DNA from: an uncultured Christensenella sp.
GTDB taxonomy: Bacteria > Bacillota > Clostridia > Christensenellales > CAG-917
Direction: 5' to 3'
Length of the DNA stretch: 64,000 nucleotides
NCBI GenBank assembly: GCA_910578325.1
Contig: CAJTQT010000002.1
Span: forward strand, 235,074-299,073
Made by a program: the position numbers and the translations under genes. Under the pieces are notes generated by a model, which saw nothing but the letters and a program-made list of their open reading frames with translations, was not told the origin of the DNA and searched no databases. Positions 9,090 through 17,738 of this stretch are shown piece after piece (the first letter of the stretch is position 1; each line of letters begins with the position of its first letter).

Positions 9090-10301
9090 TTACTCCTCTG
9101 CCGCACGCTCTACTTCGTATCTTTTTGCAATAGCCTGTAAAAACTCTTTACTCCCGAGTTTGGTTACCTGAATCCCGTCCGCACAGAACAAGCCCGCAAG
9201 GTCTCCCGTCATCTCACCGCTTTCGATGGTCGATAACGCGGCGCGTTCCATATCTTGCGCAAATTTCACGAGAGCGGCATTTTTGTTTGTCTCCCCGCAT
9301 TTTTTCAGCGCGCCGGTCCAAGCAAACAGCGTCGCGACAGAGTTTGTCGACGTGCTTTCACCCGCCTGATATTTTCTGAAATGCCTTGTAACGGTACCGT
9401 GTGCCGCCTCGAATTCATACGCTCCGCTCGGAGATACGAGAACCGACGTCATCATTGCAAGCGAGCCGAACGCCGTTGCAACCATATCGCTCATCACGTC
9501 GCCGTCATAATTCTTCAAAGCCCAGATAAACCCGCCTTCCGAACGCATTACCCTCGCCACCGCGTCGTCTATAAGCGTATAAAAATACTCTATGCCGCAA
9601 TCTTCGAATGCTTTTTTATATTTTTTTTCGAATATTTCCTGAAATATGTCCTTAAAACGGTGGTCGTACACTTTGGATATAGTATCCTTTGCGGAGAACC
9701 ATAAATCGCACTTCTGCGAAAGAGCGTATTCGAAACAACTTACCGCAAAACTCCCGATGCTCTTATCTGTGTTATGTTGCGCCTGCAAAATACCCTTCTC
9801 ATTGCCGAAATCGAAAACTTCTTTCTTCTCATCCCCGCACTGCAAAACCGCAATGCCTCCTTCCGTCCCGATTTCGACCGCTTTGTATACGTCCCCGTAA
9901 GCGTGTCTTGCAATAACTATTGGTTTCTTCCAGGCGGGAACAAGCGGCGTTATGCCTTTAACGATTATAGGCGCGCGAAAAACCGTACCGTCCATTATCG
10001 CTCTTATAGTCGCGTTCGGAGAGGGATACAGTCTTTTAAGACCGAACTCCTCCAACCTCTGAGAGTTTGGAGTTATGGTAGCGCACTTGACGCCGACGCC
10101 GTATTTTAAGCACGCTTCGGCTGCAAGTTTTGTGACTTCGTCGTCGGTTTTATCCCTGTTCTGTATCGACAAATCGTAATACTCCGTTGACAAATCCACG
10201 TAGGGCTCTATCAGGATTTCCTTAACCCATTTCCAAAGCACCCGCGTCATTTCGTCGCCGTCCATTTCGACTATCGGTACGTTCATTTTGATTTTTTCCA
10301 T
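9090..10301 (-). CDS. icd: NADP-dependent isocitrate dehydrogenase (IDH1/2-like, about 400-aa type)
   Basis: 'IVEMDGDEMTRVLW' and end-to-end similarity to the dimeric eukaryote-like IDH family. Confidence 0.9.
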   Translation of the reverse strand: MEKIKMNVPIVEMDGDEMTRVLWKWVKEILIEPYVDLSTEYYDLSIQNRDKTDDEVTKLAAEACLKYGVGVKCATITPNSQRLEEFGLKRLYPSPNATIRAIMDGTVFRAPIIVKGITPLVPAWKKPIVIARHAYGDVYKAVEIGTEGGIAVLQCGDEKKEVFDFGNEKGILQAQHNTDKSIGSFAVSCFEYALSQKCDLWFSAKDTISKVYDHRFKDIFQEIFEKKYKKAFEDCGIEYFYTLIDDAVARVMRSEGGFIWALKNYDGDVMSDMVATAFGSLAMMTSVLVSPSGAYEFEAAHGTVTRHFRKYQAGESTSTNSVATLFAWTGALKKCGETNKNAALVKFAQDMERAALSTIESGEMTGDLAGLFCADGIQVTKLGSKEFLQAIAKRYEVERAAEE

Positions 10302-10415
10302 AGTCTCTCCAAAATCGTTTTCTGTATATTATCACAAGCGTAGCGAGTTGGCAAGTCATAATATTTTAAAAACGTCATCAAACGGTTTTTATTCATAATT
10401 GATTGCATATTATGC

Positions 10416-10462
10416 AAAAACCGCGCTAAATATCTCGTAATCAGAAAATATTATACGCGGCT
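10416..10462 (-). terminator. Probable ddl terminator (long imperfect hairpin plus T-run)
   Basis: On the minus strand: GCCGCG...CGCGG followed by TTTTT, about 60 nt after the ddl stop. Confidence 0.4.
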
Positions 10463-10520
10463 TTGCATAAATAATTTTGCATAGAATGCAATTTCTATAC
10501 GCATCCAGAGCAATGTATTA

Positions 10521-11645
10521 TTATTTCGACATCTTTGCCCCGCCCTTGAATTTCGAAAGCACGTCCGTTTTAAACGCCGACGGAGTCCTGTGCAAGGACT
10601 GATAATTAACCGCGTTTTCAATCAACTTCGAAATCAACGCAGCAAAGTCTATTCCCAAAGGTTCAAACAGATAGAACGCCATCGAACCGGGTACGGTATT
10701 GATTTCGTTTATATACACCTTATTTCTCACTTTGTCGACGAGATAATCGACGCGTATAACTCCGTTTAAGTCAAGTTCGCGGTAAATACGTTCGGTATTT
10801 GCCTTGACTATGAGGTCGAGCGTGCCTATGTCGGCAGGTATGACGTGCCCGCCTCCGCCCATCTTTCCGTTGGACATATACTTATCGTCAAAGGTCAGAA
10901 AATCGTTGAGAGTAAGCGGCTGTTCCGTTTCGGACAGAACAATACGCTCCCCGTCTCTGAACGCCGCACAGTTTACTTCTACGAAATCGGTGAGTTTATG
11001 CTCGACTATAATTTTTGTATCGAATCTGCAAGCCACCTGCAATGCAAAATCCAACTGTTCCCGATTTTCCGCGACAGTGATACCTATACTGCTGCCCTGA
11101 CAGGACGGTTTTACAATCAACGGATAGGTGAGAAAACTTTCCAGCCGCTGTATCGCCCGTTCGGAATCGCGCTCGAACTCCTCTTTCGACACGACTTCGT
11201 GCGGAAGCGTATTGAGAAGCATTCCGTCAAACAATTGTTTGCTCAATGCCTTATCCATTCCGCAAGCGGAAGCGAGTACGGACGGGCTGGTGTGCGGAAT
11301 TCCGTTATATTCCAGAACCGCCTGCAAAATTCCGCTCTCGCCTTCGCCGCCGTGACAGCATATAAAAGCGGCATCGGGTTTGAAATACTTTACAAACGAA
11401 TTGCGCTTTACAGTGTAGAACTCTCCCTTATATAGAATAGCCTTAGAGTGTTCAATCGGATTGAATGCGGAAAAAGAGTCGAGTTTGTCAACGTCCTTGA
11501 CATAAAAGTCGCCCTCGTACATATACACAGGCTCCACTTTATACTGTGACTTATCGATATTTGAAAGCACCTGCATCGCAGTTATGACGGAAATATCGCT
11601 TTCAAGCGACCTGCCGCCGAAAAACAAAGCAATTTTTTTACGCAT
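10521..11645 (-). CDS. ddl: D-alanine--D-alanine ligase
   Basis: ATP-grasp motifs including 'EINTVPGSMAFYLF'. It has the classic adjacency to murF. Confidence 0.9.
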   Translation of the reverse strand: MRKKIALFFGGRSLESDISVITAMQVLSNIDKSQYKVEPVYMYEGDFYVKDVDKLDSFSAFNPIEHSKAILYKGEFYTVKRNSFVKYFKPDAAFICCHGGEGESGILQAVLEYNGIPHTSPSVLASACGMDKALSKQLFDGMLLNTLPHEVVSKEEFERDSERAIQRLESFLTYPLIVKPSCQGSSIGITVAENREQLDFALQVACRFDTKIIVEHKLTDFVEVNCAAFRDGERIVLSETEQPLTLNDFLTFDDKYMSNGKMGGGGHVIPADIGTLDLIVKANTERIYRELDLNGVIRVDYLVDKVRNKVYINEINTVPGSMAFYLFEPLGIDFAALISKLIENAVNYQSLHRTPSAFKTDVLSKFKGGAKMSK

Positions 11646-11773
11646 TATTCACCTCTTATATATCAACTATGCTCACAGCCTAAAAACCGTTACCGAAACT
11701 CTTATACTTCATTGAAAAAGACAACAACGATTTTTATGATGTATTCTAATTTTTTTAATTTTATATAATACTT

Positions 11774-13378
11774 TCATTTCTTTTCATTATAAATATCGGG
11801 CAAATCATTTAATATCAGCAAAATATCCCCAACGTGAAGACGGTTTGAAAAATCATCTTCCGCGTCGGAAAGGCTGTTGTAAATATGTATTTCCCCGCCG
11901 TAACCGCCGTCTACAAGCCCTCTTCTTATGGGATCCGTACGTTTTAAACCGACCAGAAGCACAAGGTCCGCCACCTCGCTCATAAGCGTGCCGAGTTTAT
12001 AGTTCTCTTCGCTTTCGCGTTCGCCAAGTTCCACAAGACCGGGCGTTAATATGACGCGCCTGCCCTCGAACAGTCCGAGAGTTTCCAGCGCGGTGCGCGC
12101 GCCGTCGGGATTTGAATTGAAACTGTCGTCGATAATTTTAATTCCGTTGCCGTGAACAAGTTGCATTCTGTGCGGAACCGGTTCCAACTTCTCTATCGCG
12201 TCGAGGATAAAGGGTACTTCAACCCCCAGTTTATATGCCATAGTCGCTGCAAGCAGAATATCCTCTATGTTGGGATATCCTATCAGAGGCGTACGCACGT
12301 AATGACTTTCTCCGTCTAAAATTATGTCGAAATCGCTTCCGTTTTCGGTTGTGCGTATCTGCTCCGCTCTGAAATCGCATTTTTCGTCTATGCCCGAATA
12401 AACTATAGTAGGCTTCTTTTTAAGATTATTAATACTCTCTTCCGCATCCTTTCTTACCGTAGAATTGACTACGCAGAATCCTTCCTCTCCGACTCTGAGT
12501 ATTCTGCACTTTTCACGCGTAATGTTTTCCTGCGTTCTGAAAGTTTCCAGATGCTGAGAGTTTATACCCGTTAAAATAGTGTAGTCGGGTTTAACTATTC
12601 GCATAAGCGTGCGGATATCGCCCACCCTCCGAGCACCGAACTCCGCTATGAAAACATCGTGTGTTCCGTCAAGTCCGTTTACGGTTTTCGATATACCCAT
12701 AGGAGTGTTGTAACTCGCGGGCGTGACAAGCACGTTGTATTTTTCAGAAAGTATCGCCGCAAGAAAATTCTTTACGGACGTTTTACCGAAACTGCCGGTT
12801 ATCGCTATGCGTATCAGATTCGGATTTGCGTCCAGCAATCTTACGGTGCGCCTTTCATAACGCTTATTGTTTATTCTTTCAAACACGTTTATAACCGCGC
12901 CGAACGTCATAAATATCAGCGGATACACTATCGGGAATCCGAACAGAACAAGATAGCGCATATACGGTTGCGTAATATACGCGTTGCCGACTGCAAACGC
13001 AAGTATAATTACGGTTGTAGATAACACCGTCATCAAAAATAGGAATCTGACCGCGCGTTTTGTATATCTCAGCGGTTTTTTACGCGTAGGCAAATCTTCC
13101 ATAAAATACATAGCGAATTCCGCTATGAAAAAGAACAACACCGTAAGAAAACCCCAAAAGGCGCGCGTCTGCAAGAAATAGAATATACACCATACGCTTA
13201 TAAACAGCGCGACGGCGCACAAATCTATGAGATAAACGAATTTCAACCGCCTGTTCTTAAAAATCTCCGAAATTCTGTAATTATCCTGCTGTATGGCGTA
13301 AAGATATGGGCGCGTCATAAAAAACGCGTCTATAAACACCAAAAGCACGTAGAACCAGTCGCCTCTAACCAACGTCAT
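11774..13378 (-). CDS. murF: MurF-like Mur ligase (UDP-MurNAc-tripeptide--D-Ala-D-Ala ligase) with an N-terminal polytopic membrane domain
   Basis: 'ITGSFGKTSVKNFL' P-loop and 'IDDSFNSNPDGA' C-domain motif. The first roughly 170 aa are hydrophobic helices rather than the usual MurF N-domain. Confidence 0.75.
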   Translation of the reverse strand: MTLVRGDWFYVLLVFIDAFFMTRPYLYAIQQDNYRISEIFKNRRLKFVYLIDLCAVALFISVWCIFYFLQTRAFWGFLTVLFFFIAEFAMYFMEDLPTRKKPLRYTKRAVRFLFLMTVLSTTVIILAFAVGNAYITQPYMRYLVLFGFPIVYPLIFMTFGAVINVFERINNKRYERRTVRLLDANPNLIRIAITGSFGKTSVKNFLAAILSEKYNVLVTPASYNTPMGISKTVNGLDGTHDVFIAEFGARRVGDIRTLMRIVKPDYTILTGINSQHLETFRTQENITREKCRILRVGEEGFCVVNSTVRKDAEESINNLKKKPTIVYSGIDEKCDFRAEQIRTTENGSDFDIILDGESHYVRTPLIGYPNIEDILLAATMAYKLGVEVPFILDAIEKLEPVPHRMQLVHGNGIKIIDDSFNSNPDGARTALETLGLFEGRRVILTPGLVELGERESEENYKLGTLMSEVADLVLLVGLKRTDPIRRGLVDGGYGGEIHIYNSLSDAEDDFSNRLHVGDILLILNDLPDIYNEKK

Positions 13379-13414
13379 AATATATCCCCTTCAATCGTAT
13401 GGTCTTTCGTGCTT

Positions 13415-14152
13415 TCAGCCGATAAACGCGCGCAGTATTGCAATAAACTTCGCGCTGTCGTCTACATAGGAGAAATGTCCGCCGTCCAGCCAGAACAGAT
13501 AACTTCCCCTTATTCCGTCATTGAGTTTCCGCGCCATATACGGCGGAGTTTCGCCATCGTCTTTTCCCCAGAACACCGCCGCAGGACATCGGACAGAGTC
13601 TAAAAGCGGAGTCTGATCGTAATTGACTACCTTTTTAAACGTTTCGCGCATTACCTGCGACAGCGTTCTGTAATCGGACGAACCTTTTAATCCCTTCAAT
13701 CCAAGCCGCCGGAGCAGTTTATGAGTACCCACCTTGACGTAATATTTCAATCCGCGTCTGGGTTTTAAGCCCGCGCTGTCCACAAGCGCGACCGAGCGCA
13801 CTATATGCGGAAACTTTGCCGCAAGTTCCAAACAAACGCGCCCCCCGAAAGAATGCCCGACAAAATGCGCGTCTTTTATCCCTATGATTCCCAAAAGCGA
13901 AATTACGTCGGAAGCATAATCAGGCACGCCATAAGGCTCGGCAGGTTCTTCGCTCTCGCCGAACCCCGCAAAGTCCAACACGGTTACTCTGTGCATAGCG
14001 GAAAACTTTTCCGCGACAAATAAAAAGGCGGAGATGCCTGCACCCCAGCCGTGTAAAAAAACGATATCGTCGCCCGTACCGAATGATACGTAGCGAATTT
14101 TGTGTCCGTTGACAGTCGCGAATTTGTAACCGCGATTGTTTTCTTTATCTAT
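13415..14152 (-). CDS. Alpha/beta-fold hydrolase with a probable non-canonical (ATA) start
   Basis: 'GHSFGGRV' nucleophile elbow. The in-frame sequence upstream of the first ATG (13996) encodes '..FGTGDDIVFLHGWGAG..', the oxyanion-hole HGxG region. There is no ATG, GTG or TTG between that region and the upstream stop at 14168-14170. GGGGAGGA lies 6 nt upstream of the ATA at 14152. Confidence 0.6.
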   Translation of the reverse strand: MDKENNRGYKFATVNGHKIRYVSFGTGDDIVFLHGWGAGISAFLFVAEKFSAMHRVTVLDFAGFGESEEPAEPYGVPDYASDVISLLGIIGIKDAHFVGHSFGGRVCLELAAKFPHIVRSVALVDSAGLKPRRGLKYYVKVGTHKLLRRLGLKGLKGSSDYRTLSQVMRETFKKVVNYDQTPLLDSVRCPAAVFWGKDDGETPPYMARKLNDGIRGSYLFWLDGGHFSYVDDSAKFIAILRAFIG

Positions 14153-14597
14153 TCCCGTCCTCCCCGATAGTCAGCCACATAACAAGAGCGTCGTATCTGT
14201 TTGCATAATACCTCTTGCGTATGCCTTCCACCGTAAACCCGAACGACCTGTACATACTTACCGCCGCAAGGTTGGTGTCTTTGACTTCGAGCGTGACTCT
14301 GTTTACTCCCGCGCGACGCGCGCATTCAATCAGTTCGCGCATCAGCGTCCTGCCTATTCCTTTGCATCTTTCTTCCGCTTTGACGGCGATATTCGTTATA
14401 TGCGCCTCGTCGAGCACTTTATGAAATCCGCCGTAACAGATAACCTCGTTTTCTCCGCGTACGCCAACCAGATAAAACGCATTTCGGTCTGCGACCTCGG
14501 GAATAAACATACGCACGGACCAAGGTTGGTCGAACGCCTCGCTTTCTATCTCCGCCATCTGGGCGAGATGTTCAAATTTCAAGGGTTCAAACCTCAT
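14145..14597 (-). CDS. rimI: Ribosomal-protein-alanine N-acetyltransferase RimI (GNAT)
   Basis: 'ITNIAVKAEERCKGIGRTLM' acetyl-CoA motif. The likely start is MRFEPL at 14597, which overlaps the tsaB end. It shows tsaE-tsaB-rimI synteny. Confidence 0.85.
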   Translation of the reverse strand: MRFEPLKFEHLAQMAEIESEAFDQPWSVRMFIPEVADRNAFYLVGVRGENEVICYGGFHKVLDEAHITNIAVKAEERCKGIGRTLMRELIECARRAGVNRVTLEVKDTNLAAVSMYRSFGFTVEGIRKRYYANRYDALVMWLTIGEDGNR

Positions 14598-15180
14598 CCT
14601 TTTCTCTCTCCGCCTGCGATTTGCGCATATAGTACGGCGCAAGCACCTCGCAGAATTCTTCTCTTGCCAATTTCTGACGCACAACACATTCGAGCGCGCG
14701 GCATCTTTCGCATGCGGGCTCGCTGACCGCTCCCGTCAAATCGAGTCTCTCTTCCGCCTCAACGAATCTCGCCGAAACAACTTTTCCGTCCCGACATTCA
14801 GCCAGATACGCGTTGGAATGCCCCGCATCGACTAATGCCGTCGCATTTTCCCTATTGTATGCAATGAGTTCGAACGAAGTTACGCTTATTCTTTTTGCGT
14901 CGGTTGCAAAAGCAAGCGCAGTCATCGCCGATACACCTATTCTTATTCCCGTAAATGAGCCAGGTCCGACTACCGCCGCAACCGCGTCCAAATCGCCGAC
15001 ATTTAATCCGCTTTCTTTAAACAACTCATCAACAACAGGCATAAGCAGTCGGGAATGTCCCGACTTGCCTACCTCGATTTCGCGACAAAACGCGTCTCCG
15101 TCCTTTATAAGAACGGCTGTCAACCTGCTGTCGGTTGTATCCACCGCAAGACAGTTCACTCGGTATCCTCGCTTTCGCAA
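14587..15180 (-). CDS. tsaB: tRNA t6A37 biosynthesis protein TsaB (YeaZ)
   Basis: 'LAVDTTDS' and 'GPGSFTGIRIGVS'. The start is uncertain: ATG at 15180 or GTG at 15161. Confidence 0.85.
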   Translation of the reverse strand: MRKRGYRVNCLAVDTTDSRLTAVLIKDGDAFCREIEVGKSGHSRLLMPVVDELFKESGLNVGDLDAVAAVVGPGSFTGIRIGVSAMTALAFATDAKRISVTSFELIAYNRENATALVDAGHSNAYLAECRDGKVVSARFVEAEERLDLTGAVSEPACERCRALECVVRQKLAREEFCEVLAPYYMRKSQAEREKDEV

Positions 15181-16478
15181 TCGGCAACGTCAGCCGCCTT
15201 CGCGCAAATTTTTTCTGTATCAATATCTGTGTCCGATTCGTTTATTACGGATTTTCCGGAATCGATTTCCGAATTCTCCGCACCCGCGTTTTCAGATTTT
15301 TTGTCTTCCGCACCCTCGGTTTCATTCGAATCAAAGCCCTCTTCCGATATATCGAAAATACGCGTTTCATCTTCCGCTTTTACCGATATTCGAATAACTT
15401 TGCCTTCAATTTTCCGAAATTTATTCCATTCTATAACAGTTACGGCATCCTCGTCAAAACAATCCTCTACACCGAGTTCGGAAAGTTCGTCCGCGCTTTC
15501 GACTCTGTACATATCCAGATGATTGAGATTGACGCGTCCGCTACCGTATACGTTGAGTATGGTGAAAGTCGGACTTGTAATCTCTTCCTTGACTCCCAAC
15601 GCGGCGGCAAGACCTTTTGTAAACGTAGTCTTTCCCGCACCCAAATCACCGTTAAGCAACAGCACTTCGCCGCCGTCGAGAGTTGCGGCAACCCTCTTTG
15701 CAAGCGCATACGTCTCCTCGACGGAATTGACCTTATACGAACCGCTTATACTCTTCTTGAGCAAACTGTTTCCCTCCCAATGCAAAAGTACGCTCAAACG
15801 CTTGTACAGCAGGAACGTAAGAGCCGACATAATTATACATCTGATCAGATTGAAAGGCAACACTCCCGCCAACAAATATAACGCATAAAAATTCTCCTGC
15901 GTCACGTTTTTATACGGCATCATGCCCAAAAGCGGCGCAAAGTTGCCGTGAAAGAACAGCTCCAGATAAGCGGGAACGGATATGAATCTGTTTACGATTA
16001 TGCCTGTGACAACGAAAGCCGCCGTACCGACAAGCAAGCCGATAAGCGCATGCTTCTTGTCTTTTTTCAATCTGTAAATTACGGACGACGGCAAAACGAG
16101 CGCGATTCCCATGAGAATATCCGTCGCTTCGCCCACAAGAAAAGTGGACGACAGCGGAAATTTCAGCAGGCATTTGAACACTATCACCAGACAGCCGCTT
16201 ATAGGTCCCATGGAAAATCCCGCAAGTAGCGCGGGAAGCTCGGACACCTGCATATCCAGAAAGCTCGGGAAAATCATCGGCAGACTGAACTTCGCAAACT
16301 GATACAAAACAAACGAAATTGCTGTCAACAGCGCAAGTTTCGCCACATAAGCGGCGGAAAATTTCGGACTTGCAAACTTCTTTAAAGTTGCAAGAATTGA
16401 CTCGCCCGTTTTATTTAATTTCTCTTTTACGGACTTTGCCGTTACATCTGCGGCAACAACGTTTTCATTTTTAGACAT
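15156..16478 (-). CDS. tsaE: Continuous ORF encoding an ECF-type riboflavin transporter S-component (RibU-like), then TsaE (YjeE ATPase), then an acidic tail
   Basis: Residues about 35-235 are polytopic and RibU/ECF-S-like and sit behind an FMN riboswitch. Residues about 240-375 carry 'GDLGAGKTTFTKG' and 'SPTFTILNVY' (TsaE). There is no stop codon between the two parts. Confidence 0.8.
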   Translation of the reverse strand: MSKNENVVAADVTAKSVKEKLNKTGESILATLKKFASPKFSAAYVAKLALLTAISFVLYQFAKFSLPMIFPSFLDMQVSELPALLAGFSMGPISGCLVIVFKCLLKFPLSSTFLVGEATDILMGIALVLPSSVIYRLKKDKKHALIGLLVGTAAFVVTGIIVNRFISVPAYLELFFHGNFAPLLGMMPYKNVTQENFYALYLLAGVLPFNLIRCIIMSALTFLLYKRLSVLLHWEGNSLLKKSISGSYKVNSVEETYALAKRVAATLDGGEVLLLNGDLGAGKTTFTKGLAAALGVKEEITSPTFTILNVYGSGRVNLNHLDMYRVESADELSELGVEDCFDEDAVTVIEWNKFRKIEGKVIRISVKAEDETRIFDISEEGFDSNETEGAEDKKSENAGAENSEIDSGKSVINESDTDIDTEKICAKAADVADCESEDTE

Positions 16479-16660
16479 AAAAAAACCTCGCTACCACGAG
16501 GCGTGCAAAATGGGCGCAATAGTAATAATAGATTTTAACGCCCGCTTCTTTCATCCGGACTATACCGTCGGTTTGGGAATTTCACCCAATCAACCCTTGC
16601 AGGCTCGCGGACTTTACCGCCGGTGAGGAATTACACCTCGCCCCGAAGCACTATTATGTT
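16479..16660 (-). promoter_or_regulatory. FMN riboswitch (RFN element) with an SD-sequestering, terminator-like hairpin
   Basis: The minus strand reads 'CTTCGGGGCGAGGTGTAATTCCTCACCGGCGGTAAAGTCCGCGAGCC...GATTGGGTGAAATTCCCAAACCGACGGTATAGTCCGGATGAAAGAAGCG', which matches conserved RFN cores. It is followed by CCTCG-tggtag-CGAGG + T7 + ATG, so the GAGG Shine-Dalgarno sits inside the stem. Confidence 0.9.
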
Positions 16661-16736
16661 ATATCCGCAGACATCGCAATGTCAACGGTTTTGTAAAAAT
16701 TATGAAAAAAAAGTAAATTTCGCAAATACTAATCCT

Positions 16737-17174
16737 ATGACAACGGCATTTATTTATCAAAACGCAGCATACTTCCAACCGTCGTTCGCTCTACAGAAAC
16801 TTAGTACCGCCTATGCCCGACAAAACTTTCAAGCAACCGACACAGAGGTAAAAGACGGAACGGATTTAGACAATATGACGGTTCCCTCTCCTATCACGGA
16901 AGATTTAATCGCCTTTACACTGCAATACGACTGTGTTGTAGGCGCGCGCGCATTCGAATATAACGGCGAGATAGTTGTCGCGGCAATTACTACTCCGTTT
17001 TATTTGAAAAGCGAGCGCGACAAAGCCAAAAACGAGATTCAATCCGACTTGCGTAACCTGACAGATTACGAAAACATCACCGTAACATTCGACGTCGGAA
17101 TTTACAGAAATATAAGAGAAGAGTTAAACGACAGCGATAAGGAACGTCTACTCAAACTCGCCAAAACACGCTAA
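16737..17174 (+). CDS. Hypothetical protein (start uncertain: 16656 or 16737)
   Basis: ORF 16623..17174. Its 5' part overlaps the riboswitch on the opposite strand. I recognised no family, and no clear SD precedes either ATG. Confidence 0.4.
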   Translation: MTTAFIYQNAAYFQPSFALQKLSTAYARQNFQATDTEVKDGTDLDNMTVPSPITEDLIAFTLQYDCVVGARAFEYNGEIVVAAITTPFYLKSERDKAKNEIQSDLRNLTDYENITVTFDVGIYRNIREELNDSDKERLLKLAKTR

Positions 17175-17182
17175 ATAGACGC

Positions 17183-17238
17183 AATTTGCCAGAAGTATTA
17201 TAAAAATTCAATCAAATTATAATACTTTTGGCAAATTT
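17183..17238. terminator. Long hairpin between convergent genes (hypothetical gene and rsfS)
   Basis: AATTTGCCAGAAGTATTATA...TATAATACTTTTGGCAAATT: a roughly 19-bp stem with one mismatch. Confidence 0.55.
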
Positions 17239-17305
17239 GGGTTAATCAATTCAATCAATTGTTAATATCATAAGCAGACGTACAATTGAGATACAAACTG
17301 AGAAA

Positions 17306-17659
17306 TCAGTTCTCTCCAACATACTTCTGCATATTTTTTCCGTCCGACCAGAGTTTTTCAAGGCAATAGAACATTCTCGTTTCGTCATTGAAAATGTGCA
17401 CGATTACTCCGCCGTAGTCAAGCACAGCCCATTTGCCCTCCGTCATTCCGTCGGTGTGCGACGGCAAAATTCCCTCCTTTTTGAGTTTGTCTTCTACAAA
17501 CTCCGCAAGAGCCTTTACCTGTTTCGTGCTCTTCGCCGTGCATATAACGAAATAATCCGTCATTACTGTCAAGTGTTCGACGTCAAGGACGGTTATATCA
17601 ACGGCTTTGTGCTCGTCAAGTTGTTTACAGATGATTTCTTTCATTTCAAAAGATTCCAT
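17306..17659 (-). CDS. rsfS: Ribosome silencing factor RsfS
   Basis: 'TDYFVICTAKSTKQVKALAEFV' and 'WAVLDYGGVIVHIF'. It lies downstream of nadD/yqeK, as in Bacillus. Confidence 0.9.
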   Translation of the reverse strand: MESFEMKEIICKQLDEHKAVDITVLDVEHLTVMTDYFVICTAKSTKQVKALAEFVEDKLKKEGILPSHTDGMTEGKWAVLDYGGVIVHIFNDETRMFYCLEKLWSDGKNMQKYVGEN

Positions 17660-17738
17660 AGTTGCCTCCGAATTCTTATGTATTTATTATTTCCGCATTC
17701 GCCACCGACATTCACATATATCGACGCCGCGATTTCAG

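Noticed and set aside
10439-10452. Possible CodY-box-like 'AATCAGAAAATATT' upstream of icd
   Set aside because: Only one half resembles AATTTTCWGAAAATT, and there are too many mismatches to call it.
14145-14170. Programmed +1 frameshift fusing RimI to the downstream hydrolase
   Set aside because: The hydrolase frame is +1 relative to rimI near its AGA-TAA end, but no slippery or re-pairing codon context is present. An SD plus ATA start is the simpler explanation.
16623-16736. N-terminal extension of ORF 16623..17174 (GTG start)
   Set aside because: This part overlaps the FMN riboswitch aptamer on the opposite strand and has no SD. The gene, if real, more likely starts at 16656 or 16737.
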